Below, in pieces: positions 1 through 7,675 of a DNA stretch of 20,000 bases. A model generated the notes under the pieces. The model saw only the letters and a program-made list of their open reading frames with translations, was not told the DNA's origin and did no database searches. Each line of letters opens with the position of its first letter. Position 1 is the first letter of the stretch. Source of the DNA: Fibrobacteria bacterium (GTDB lineage Bacteria > Fibrobacterota > Fibrobacteria > UBA11236); contig JAYTHY010000130.1 of assembly GCA_043732185.1 (NCBI GenBank), positions 1 through 20,000 on the forward strand. The letters are read 5' to 3'. Made by a program: the position numbers and the translations under genes.

Positions 1-159
1 AGGGCTCAAGGCCCAAGCAACAAAACCTCGAAGAAAACGAACCTGTCCTCGAAAGGTCCGGCAGCCTGTCACCAAGTGGCCACGACTCATCCAGAACGAC
101 TATCAAAAAGGGGAAATCCAATTCGAAATCAGGAGATCATGAGTTTCCGAAAGGCATTG
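1..159 (+). mobile_element. Right end of a probable IS4-family insertion sequence (transposase C-terminus plus right inverted repeat), cut by the window edge
   Basis: Frame +2 reads GLKAQATKPRRKRTCPRKVRQPVTKWPRLIQND...RRS* (stop 140-142), resembling the basic RRxRxxPRxV...WP tail of IS4-family transposases. It is followed by GAGTTTCCGAAAGGCATTG ending at 159. The reverse complement, CAATGCC..., resembles IS4-subgroup termini (IS4 begins TAATGCC). Confidence 0.6.
2..142 (+). CDS. Partial (C-terminal) transposase, probably IS4 family
   Basis: Frame is open from the window start to TGA 140-142 and contains PRRKRTCPRKVRQPVTKWPRL. It is absent from the ORF track because its start lies outside the window. 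Confidence 0.55.
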   Translation, partial: GLKAQATKPRRKRTCPRKVRQPVTKWPRLIQNDYQKGEIQFEIRRS

Positions 160-1672
160 AGCTTAAGCCCAAAGTATTTTCCTTAATTAGTGTGGTCAAA
201 ACGGTTTTGCAGAGCAAAGCATCACCTTTTGAAGCAGATGGATCAAACTCCAAATAGCCCCTGTCCATACAGCCAATGCCGCTCAGTAAATTATGGAGGA
301 CGGCGGAAAATACCTTGGCCATTTTATCCGCCCCAACCGCGTTGGGCAATACACCGGCGCTGTCTAAATCTGTGCCGGCATTGAACCCTGTAAATTGATC
401 CGCTACCACAATCGGAGACGCAGCGTTAGAGTTTTGAATTATGAATTGGGATATCCTTAAATTCATCACATTCACAGAGGCAGTTTTTCCCTTGATGGGT
501 ATGATTTTGGCCAAGACGATTTTCACCTTTTTGTTTTTTGCGCGCAAGGCGTCGACAATTTTCTGCAAATTCGTGGCGGCAGCATCGGCAATGCTTTGGT
601 CCAGACCCGTGCCGGAAACAATGTCTTCCGTACCCATATGAATCACAGCAACGTCCGGAACGTTAGCGGTGAGGAGACCTGAAATATTACTTCCAAACCA
701 AGTGGAATTAGCTCCCCAATGGCCTTCGTGGTCATAATCAAAATAATAGGTACTGGGAATTGTGGAGTTGTTGTTGTGTTTGGTGCGCGACCCGATGAAA
801 TCCACCAAGTGGCCTTCCTGACGGATATACGCGTCCATATACCTGCGGTAGGAGGTTCCGGAATTCAAACCTTCGGTAATGGACCCGCCGATATGCATTA
901 TTTTGACCGGGACTAGCGGAGGTGCGGCATAGATTTTTTTGAGGATGGAATCCACGGCGCCGGCCCACAAAATATATCCTGCATTATTTGGATGGATACC
1001 ATCCGGGAGCAAGCCCTTATTGACGCTGCCGTCGGAGTTTAAAAAAAGCTTTTCCAAATTCATACTGATAACTTGAGTAGTATCAAAATAACCCGCCGTG
1101 ATCCTATTAACGGGCGTCCACAAAGTATGCCAGTCTGTAGGGAAAATCCCTAGCTGGATGACTCGCATGTTGGGAAACCTACGCGCAAATACCTGAATGA
1201 TGGCACGAATCCCATCGGCCACTTCCTGAGGAGGTGTAGCTGGGCCTCGCATTCCTGGTATGTCTGTGCGGTGACAATTGTTTGTTCCAGCCAATATCAT
1301 GACCACTTTTGGAGTGATGCCACTGGGAAGGCCCAGCCAATCCCTAACCAAAAGACTATGGAGCATGCCCGGTGTCACGTCGCCGGAGACACCCATATTC
1401 AAAACATTACGACCTTGAGTGAATGCGCCATAAGAGGCATCCCATTCCCAATAATGGGTGATGGAATTGCCCATTAAAACCATTCCAACCTGAGTGGCGG
1501 TTTTTACCCGAGTAGTAATAAGGTGGCAACGATTGGTATCGATAATAGGGTGGGGCGTCATAACTGTCCGCGTGGCGGGATTGTCAGGTGGTGGAGCCCA
1601 AAGCTCTTTTGGTCCTGCCATCAACACAGGGGCAACCAGCAACAGGAATTGAAAAACTTTAACCGTATTCAT
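137..1672 (-). CDS. Secreted tandem SGNH/GDSL hydrolase (putative carbohydrate acetylesterase), C-terminus probably truncated by the IS
   Basis: Signal-peptide-like N-terminus and AGGAG RBS. Domain 1 blocks: LMGNSIT, NMGVSGD, ILAGTNN, DGIHPN. Domain 2 is CE3-like: HIGGSITEG, DHEGHWG, IHMGTED. A GCMD...C linker lies near the end. Confidence 0.85.
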   Translation of the reverse strand: MNTVKVFQFLLLVAPVLMAGPKELWAPPPDNPATRTVMTPHPIIDTNRCHLITTRVKTATQVGMVLMGNSITHYWEWDASYGAFTQGRNVLNMGVSGDVTPGMLHSLLVRDWLGLPSGITPKVVMILAGTNNCHRTDIPGMRGPATPPQEVADGIRAIIQVFARRFPNMRVIQLGIFPTDWHTLWTPVNRITAGYFDTTQVISMNLEKLFLNSDGSVNKGLLPDGIHPNNAGYILWAGAVDSILKKIYAAPPLVPVKIMHIGGSITEGLNSGTSYRRYMDAYIRQEGHLVDFIGSRTKHNNNSTIPSTYYFDYDHEGHWGANSTWFGSNISGLLTANVPDVAVIHMGTEDIVSGTGLDQSIADAAATNLQKIVDALRAKNKKVKIVLAKIIPIKGKTASVNVMNLRISQFIIQNSNAASPIVVADQFTGFNAGTDLDSAGVLPNAVGADKMAKVFSAVLHNLLSGIGCMDRGYLEFDPSASKGDALLCKTVLTTLIKENTLGLSSMPFGNS

Positions 1673-1864
1673 GTGGCTCCTGAATCATTTGGTTCCTAAA
1701 TCATTTTGCCGATTGTATAAATCTGGCAACTCTATCTTGGCCTTAAATTAAGGAAAGATCACACTTTCCGATGCACATGGATGGCCATTTTTTTACCGAA
1801 AATGATTAATGGCCCCTAAGTAAGAGCCCTTTAAGGCGTTCAGGGCCCCAAATCGACACTTTTT

Positions 1865-3592
1865 TCAATTAATGAGAAAATGCCCGCTTTGCATGCTGCC
1901 ATTATCATAGTGGATTTGGTAATGATATAAGCCTGATTTACCGGAGCTGTTTAACCAGGAATATAATCCTGGCTTGCTACCGGAAACGTTGCCCATTGGC
2001 TGTCCCAGGCTATTGAATAGGGACATGCTGAAAGAACCGTTGAAAGTGATTTCAAACTGAACCTTCCCCGCTCCTGTGGTCAAGACCCGATGTAAAACAG
2101 GGCTAGAAGCTGCTTGGTCTGCTGACCTGTTTTTTATGGCAGTGGGTGGCTCTCCGGGTCCACGATTGTTGAGCGTATACCACGTATCCTTTGCCCAAAG
2201 ATCTTCACCCGTAGTGGAAAGCAAACCAGTCACTTTTATATGCACTACGAAACCAGTTTTGAGGCCAGGGATTTTAAGCTGAATTTTTTTTCCATCCACG
2301 GATACCGTGGCTGAGACCACAGCTAAGTTAGCCTTATCAACCTGAGGTCCTCCGTATTCTGCCGTAGGCACATAACGCCATTGCTCAGCAAAATATTTTG
2401 TCGGCAATCCCCCTCCCGTTGTGGGGTGCGTAAATTCGAGCTCAAACCCGTCCGCCAAACTGCGCACGGCCAGCATATCAAAAGCAGTGTTGCCCTTGGG
2501 AACCAATTTCTGTAGTCCGGTCCAAGTATTGTTCCAATTCCAGGTGCCGCCTCCAATCGATCCAAAATTTACTGTGTTAAGAGTCACACCACCAATGCCA
2601 CCCATATATATTGCGCCAGTCTTATCGATTAGAAGTCGATGCACCCCGCATTCAAGGCCACCCGTGAAGCGGAAAACGGCCCCTTGATATTGGGGAATAC
2701 CGCTGGAATCCTTTACCTTTTCAAGAAAATAGCGTGCCATTCCACCAAAATGCACATCTCCGGCCAGCATTTGCCCTTGATAGACTCCACCGGGAACCAG
2801 AATGGGATGCGTTGGGGAATATCCGATGGAGCCGTGTGGAACCCAAACTGCGGGCGGAGACTCCGCTCCATTGGCAAAGAGATTGAGAGTGTTATACCGA
2901 TGGCCGTAGAACTTACCAATTCTTAAGTGAATCAACTTGCTGGAGGGTAACCAATTCCCCTGATTGTCGGTTGCGAACATTTCTCCGTCCGGACCCAAAT
3001 CAATGCCATCCGCATTCCGCAAGCCACCTGCCAAAACCTGATAACCCACCCCAGGAGTCAATTTGAGCCAGGAATTCTGGTCTTTGGTCAACGGTGGTCC
3101 AGAGCCCCAGCCGCCTTGGGTTCCATAAAAAGAACCGTCTTTATAGACAAGTCCATAGGTCCAGTCTCCTACCGGCGGCGCCCAACCACCAACAACCTTG
3201 GTAGGTATCGCCATCGCTGTGCCGGCAGGCACGACAATTTTGGACAATTCGGTTTGTTGCATCACATAGATTTCACCACTGACCACCTTGAGTCCCATTG
3301 GTTCGACCAAGCCCTGGGCTATTTTTCTAACCTGCACCGAAGCTGGACCTGTCCCATCCACTCCGGATACCAGATACACTTCGCCGGTGGCCGTTCTATA
3401 TCCTCCCCAAGTACAAATGGCTAATGTGCCATCCGCAAGAAAATCCATGCCGCCAATGCCTCTCGGCTGGAACGTGGCGGGGCGCAGGTTGACCAAGGAA
3501 TATCCGGGATGCACCGTTTCCGGGAATTGGGCGAAAATGACAACAGGTAGAATCAGGGCCAAGTACAACCGGGTTTTAATTTTTGATAACAT
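1865..3592 (-). CDS. Secreted glucose/sorbosone-dehydrogenase-like beta-propeller protein with a beta-sandwich and a T9SS-like C-terminal domain
   Basis: Signal peptide. Propeller motifs GGMDFLADGTL, GLVEPMGL, GGLRNADG, DNQGNWLPSSKL and YQGAVFRFTGGLECG. C-terminal SLFNSLGQ...SGLYHYQI segment. Confidence 0.7.
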   Translation of the reverse strand: MLSKIKTRLYLALILPVVIFAQFPETVHPGYSLVNLRPATFQPRGIGGMDFLADGTLAICTWGGYRTATGEVYLVSGVDGTGPASVQVRKIAQGLVEPMGLKVVSGEIYVMQQTELSKIVVPAGTAMAIPTKVVGGWAPPVGDWTYGLVYKDGSFYGTQGGWGSGPPLTKDQNSWLKLTPGVGYQVLAGGLRNADGIDLGPDGEMFATDNQGNWLPSSKLIHLRIGKFYGHRYNTLNLFANGAESPPAVWVPHGSIGYSPTHPILVPGGVYQGQMLAGDVHFGGMARYFLEKVKDSSGIPQYQGAVFRFTGGLECGVHRLLIDKTGAIYMGGIGGVTLNTVNFGSIGGGTWNWNNTWTGLQKLVPKGNTAFDMLAVRSLADGFELEFTHPTTGGGLPTKYFAEQWRYVPTAEYGGPQVDKANLAVVSATVSVDGKKIQLKIPGLKTGFVVHIKVTGLLSTTGEDLWAKDTWYTLNNRGPGEPPTAIKNRSADQAASSPVLHRVLTTGAGKVQFEITFNGSFSMSLFNSLGQPMGNVSGSKPGLYSWLNSSGKSGLYHYQIHYDNGSMQSGHFLIN

Positions 3593-3748
3593 TGAGGTCC
3601 CTTTTTCGTAAGGTAGGCAAGGACAGCCGATCGGACTGGCCGAATATGCATTAAGATTAGTTTCTGGTACGCCGAAAGCTATCCAAATTTACCATCGGTT
3701 AAAAATATACCCTTTAGCTTCTTGAATTTGGTATGGTTTGAAAAAAGC

Positions 3749-3767
3749 TTCAATATTTACCAATCGG
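3749..3767 (+). promoter_or_regulatory. Operator-like site, copy 1 (TTCAATATTTACCAATCGG)
   Basis: Exact 19-bp match to 6657-6675. It lies in the divergent intergenic region, and its core is part of a near-palindrome TTACC-N4-GG(T/A)AA. Confidence 0.6.
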
Positions 3768-3850
3768 AATTAGTCTAACGAATTATCCTGGAATTGAGTT
3801 TAAGTTCTCTCAAACCAAGTGGTTTATGAATTTTTTAAGGAGCATGGCTT

Positions 3851-4954
3851 ATGCACAATAAACGACCCGGATTTTCTGTTCCCAGCTTCCTATTTGTAGT
3901 ACTTACCAGCTCGCTCCTATCCTTTGCACAAGGACCAGTAACCTCCAATTTAAGAAAGGTGCTCGTTTGGAACAGTCCAAATGGGCATGCGAATACGCCT
4001 CAAGTCAATGACATGATTAAAACCATTGGGCTGGCAAATGGATTTACCGTGGATGCGACTACCGACCCTACGTTATTTACGACATTAGGGCTTCGAAATT
4101 ATGATGTCATCTACAGTGTCAATGGTGATTTTTTCGGCAGTAAATTCAGCCCTGAGCAAAAAGCAGCCGTGCAAGCTTTTTACGGCTCAGGAAAAGGCTT
4201 GGGTTGTTTGCATCAATGTGACCGACCTGATCCTACTTGGACTTGGTACCAGGGCATTCTAGCCTGTGAATACAAGAATAATGCTGGAGTTGTACCCGCA
4301 GATTTGTACGCGGATAAAGAAGGCGAAGGCAGAGATGCGCGGGGCACCTTATTAAAAACGGGTGATAAATTCAATTACAACGAAGAATGGTACAACCCAT
4401 CCTGCAATCCTCGCGGATTACCAGGAGTTCGAGTCCTTTTTACAGTTGATGAAAAAACCATCCAAGGCGGTGGGGGAACTTTGGGCATTGACCATCCTAT
4501 TGCCTGGACGAGAGACTATTTAGGCAGTCGGTTTTTTATGAATCTCGGCGGACATACCAATGAATTCATAGCCAATGCAATTATCAAAAACCACGTCTTG
4601 GGTTCTTTAAAATACCTAGCCGGATATGCCGGATGCATGGACTCGACCTATATTGAGTATAATGCCAAAGCCACCAACCAACCGGTTGGCGCTTGCGTTA
4701 CCAAAAAGTCCGTTGGCGTATTCATTTTCGATCACCAAGGGGATCTCGCCGGGAAAATCAATGCTTTGAATATCATGATTAAAGACCCGGGTATTCACAA
4801 AGTGCGCATTGCCGATGCTCAAGGAAAAATTATTTATACCGTTTCCGGTTCTGGTCCAAATTCCTATTCGCCTAAAAATATCGGGCGCGGTATCTATTTC
4901 GTCAAAGTCAACACATCACATAGAAATTACCAGAAAAAGGTAATCTTTTATTAA
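3851..4954 (+). CDS. Secreted ThuA-like (class I glutamine-amidotransferase-like fold) protein with GCMD linker and T9SS-like C-terminal domain
   Basis: AAGGAG RBS and signal peptide. ThuA-like motifs GFTVDATTD, GKGLGCLH, EEWYN, VLFTVDE, DHPIAW and RFFMNLGGH. Linker GCMDSTYIEYNAKAT. Tail IADAQGK...GIYFVKV. Confidence 0.8.
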   Translation: MHNKRPGFSVPSFLFVVLTSSLLSFAQGPVTSNLRKVLVWNSPNGHANTPQVNDMIKTIGLANGFTVDATTDPTLFTTLGLRNYDVIYSVNGDFFGSKFSPEQKAAVQAFYGSGKGLGCLHQCDRPDPTWTWYQGILACEYKNNAGVVPADLYADKEGEGRDARGTLLKTGDKFNYNEEWYNPSCNPRGLPGVRVLFTVDEKTIQGGGGTLGIDHPIAWTRDYLGSRFFMNLGGHTNEFIANAIIKNHVLGSLKYLAGYAGCMDSTYIEYNAKATNQPVGACVTKKSVGVFIFDHQGDLAGKINALNIMIKDPGIHKVRIADAQGKIIYTVSGSGPNSYSPKNIGRGIYFVKVNTSHRNYQKKVIFY

Positions 4955-5012
4955 AAAACTTCACAAAAGCAACTTCAGTTTCAGCGCCGAATAGTTCCGG
5001 AGAAATACTTTC

Positions 5013-6623
5013 ATGAACAGTAATGTGTACGTAAATTCGGGCCGAGGCAAAAAACTTGCACTGGCTCTATTCGTCTTATCCGGCTTACTTGCGGCTTCCA
5101 TACCAGCCGACGAAATACAAAGAGACCGTTCCGAAGACGATAAAATAGTTTCCCGATCCCCTCTTTTCATCAACTCCTCCCAGGAAATGGGACAGATGGT
5201 CAAAGGCCGCGATCCCTGGCAAGCGGTGGATATCAGCGGCGTTTTTGTTTCGCGGACGGGTGTTTGGCTCACTCAAAAAGCCACCATCAATGACCCGGTT
5301 GGCATGAGCGGTGGCATTGAATTCATTATGGGGGCCGGCGGTTTATTTTGGTACTCCTTTCCGGAAGAAATCGGCCAAGCGCACACTCGAGGCACAAAAT
5401 TCGGTCCGGGTATTTCCCAGGCACAAGCTATTTACAGCATGGGCGACATCACCGATCCAAAAGCCATCATCCAATTTGGACTCTTCCCCATCAAATACAA
5501 CCCGGATGCCATAAACCTAGGCGAATACCTGTTTCGTTCCGGCACCTACCCTGGTTTTTTAACAACTGGCAGCTGGAACATTATAAACAGTGCGGCGTAT
5601 ATGGGTCAGGGAATTCGCCTCCATTTATCCCATTTGGACCATAAAATCACTCAAGATTTCACTCTTTTCATGGAACGCGATAACGTACCTCAGTTCGACT
5701 TTACACCAAGTTATTTGGTCGCTGCAAATTTTGACTTTATAGAATTTGGTGCTGGCATCTCGTTCAACCATTTTTTACCCGTCAAGCCAAGCCTACTTAG
5801 ACCCAAATTGGCTTCCAATGCCTACGTCAGTCTGGAAAGCTATCCGGAAATACCCACCCAAGTTTCAGGTAAGGATACCGTCCAGTATTACCATGCAGCT
5901 GGACCGCAAAAGGGTTTGGAAAAAGAATTTGAAAACCTGCAACAGGCCAATGGAAACAACCCATTTAAAGAAAAGTTCTATACCGATACTCTAACGCATG
6001 CAACCAAAACGACCAAGGACGACCCACTCTATTTGGCATCACCAGGGGCATTTGTAGAAACGGACGAGTTCCGGTATAGGCGCACAACCTCCTACTACAC
6101 TTTCCAGGGCATCAAGTTGATGGCGCGGGTATCTTTGGATTTTAAGGAAATTTTTCCCTCAACGCATTTCACCCCCAATGACATGAGATTGTTTGCTGAA
6201 GTGGCCATGTTAGGTGTAAAGAACTACCCCTTCTATTATGAGAACCGGCTGGAACGCATACCTGTCATGGTTGGATTCAATGTGCCTACCAATCGGTTTC
6301 TGGATATTCTATCCGTTCAAGCAGAATATTACCGATCAAGGTTTGGGAATAATCTGGATAACTTCTGGAAACAGGGACTTCCAATCTGGACACTGGATAA
6401 ACCGGAATACCCAAATCGATACAACCCCAAGGATTTTACCCGAGATGACTGGAAGTGGTCTGTTTTAGGCAAACGACATATCACCAAGGGTGTCGAATTA
6501 TACTGCCAGGTCGCAACGGATCATTTGCGTTCGTTACATTATGAAGGACGATTTTCATACTGGCCTATTTCGCAGAATCCTTCGCAGTGGTATTACATGA
6601 CCCGATTGGAATTCGGCATCTAG
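5013..6623 (+). CDS. Uncharacterised outer-membrane beta-barrel candidate (Fibrobacterota-type family)
   Basis: GGAG RBS and signal peptide. Aromatic-rich amphipathic strands and a C-terminal strand WYYMTRLEFGI. Motifs GLFPIKYNPDAINLGEYLFRSGTYPG, IPVMVGFNVPT and DDWKWS, which I recall from paralogous hypothetical proteins of Fibrobacterota. Confidence 0.6.
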   Translation: MNSNVYVNSGRGKKLALALFVLSGLLAASIPADEIQRDRSEDDKIVSRSPLFINSSQEMGQMVKGRDPWQAVDISGVFVSRTGVWLTQKATINDPVGMSGGIEFIMGAGGLFWYSFPEEIGQAHTRGTKFGPGISQAQAIYSMGDITDPKAIIQFGLFPIKYNPDAINLGEYLFRSGTYPGFLTTGSWNIINSAAYMGQGIRLHLSHLDHKITQDFTLFMERDNVPQFDFTPSYLVAANFDFIEFGAGISFNHFLPVKPSLLRPKLASNAYVSLESYPEIPTQVSGKDTVQYYHAAGPQKGLEKEFENLQQANGNNPFKEKFYTDTLTHATKTTKDDPLYLASPGAFVETDEFRYRRTTSYYTFQGIKLMARVSLDFKEIFPSTHFTPNDMRLFAEVAMLGVKNYPFYYENRLERIPVMVGFNVPTNRFLDILSVQAEYYRSRFGNNLDNFWKQGLPIWTLDKPEYPNRYNPKDFTRDDWKWSVLGKRHITKGVELYCQVATDHLRSLHYEGRFSYWPISQNPSQWYYMTRLEFGI

Positions 6624-6656
6624 AATCCGGATTTTAGAATCTCGTAAATAATTTAT

Positions 6657-6678
6657 TTCAATATTTACCAATCGGTAA
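6657..6678 (+). promoter_or_regulatory. Operator-like site, copy 2 (TTCAATATTTACCAATCGGTAA)
   Basis: Contains the near-palindrome TTACC-AATC-GGTAA. The first 19 bp are identical to 3749-3767. It lies upstream of the isomerase-ABC operon. Confidence 0.6.
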
Positions 6679-6784
6679 TTTTATAAAGAAGAACGCTATG
6701 CTTCTTCATACCTTAAATCACACTTAGTATTGAATTGAGTTGAATTTAATCGAATTTAATCTGGACTAAAAAGGAGACTCCATT

Positions 6785-7675
6785 ATGATGAATATAGGCT
6801 GCTTTGCACTTGTAGAACCATTCAGTCCCATGAAAAGACAGTTTAAGGCAATCGCTGAAATGGGTATTCAGTATGCTGATGTCACCGACAACCACACTGG
6901 GGCTTCACTCGGAGTGGAGTTCGACTTTGCTGAAACCATTAGCCTTGCAAGTCGACCTGGAAAAATCAAGGATATGTTAGCGGAAACCGGATTGACACTT
7001 TCCACTTTTTGCGCGCATGGCAATTTGCTGGACCCGGCCTCACCGGATGTTTACGGCACAAACGAAATCATCCAGGCGATAAAACTGGCTTCCTTACTCG
7101 GTATCAAGCATGTCATCACTACTGAAGGACATTCTAAAACACGGTTTGCCGCAAACCTGACGGCTAAAGAAAGAATCTTTACCATTAAAGAAAAATTGCA
7201 GAGCCCGATTGAATGGGCGGACGAACTCGGCGTTGAACTGATTTTGGAGCCACACGGTATTGTCACGGACAATGTGCAATCCATGGGCGATCTTTTGAAT
7301 GAACTGGGCGATCAGGTAGGCATCTGCCTGGATACCGGTAACAGCTGGTTGGGCGGCGCCAATCCTGTAGAATACGTCACTACTTTTGGCAACCGGATCA
7401 AGCATGTGCATTGGAAAGACCTCGGTGAAGAATGGGTTGCCAAAAGAGGTACCATTTATGGTTGTGGCATGGGAAACATAAAATTAGGCGAAGGCCAAAT
7501 TGATGTAAAAGGTGTTTTTGACGCGCTCAAGGCTATCAATTATGAAGGCGGAACCACCATGGAAATTTTTGGACCTGCTACGGTAATGGCTTCCGCTCAA
7601 ATACTGCAAGACTGGGACATCGATGGAACCTTCGTGGTACCTACTCTTGGCGCTAAAAAGGCGGTGTTGGTATAA
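6785..7675 (+). CDS. Sugar phosphate isomerase/epimerase family protein (xylose-isomerase-like / AP-endonuclease-2 TIM barrel)
   Basis: AAGGAG RBS. Metal-ligand pattern ILEPH, CLDTGN, HVHWKD, TMEIF, plus LGEGQID. Confidence 0.88.
   Translation: MMNIGCFALVEPFSPMKRQFKAIAEMGIQYADVTDNHTGASLGVEFDFAETISLASRPGKIKDMLAETGLTLSTFCAHGNLLDPASPDVYGTNEIIQAIKLASLLGIKHVITTEGHSKTRFAANLTAKERIFTIKEKLQSPIEWADELGVELILEPHGIVTDNVQSMGDLLNELGDQVGICLDTGNSWLGGANPVEYVTTFGNRIKHVHWKDLGEEWVAKRGTIYGCGMGNIKLGEGQIDVKGVFDALKAINYEGGTTMEIFGPATVMASAQILQDWDIDGTFVVPTLGAKKAVLV

Noticed and set aside
1..136. Open minus-strand frame continuing past the SGNH TGA (possible read-through or selenocysteine)
   Set aside because: The peptide (SPDFELDFPFLIVV...) has no CTD features and is better explained as the antisense of the transposase tail.
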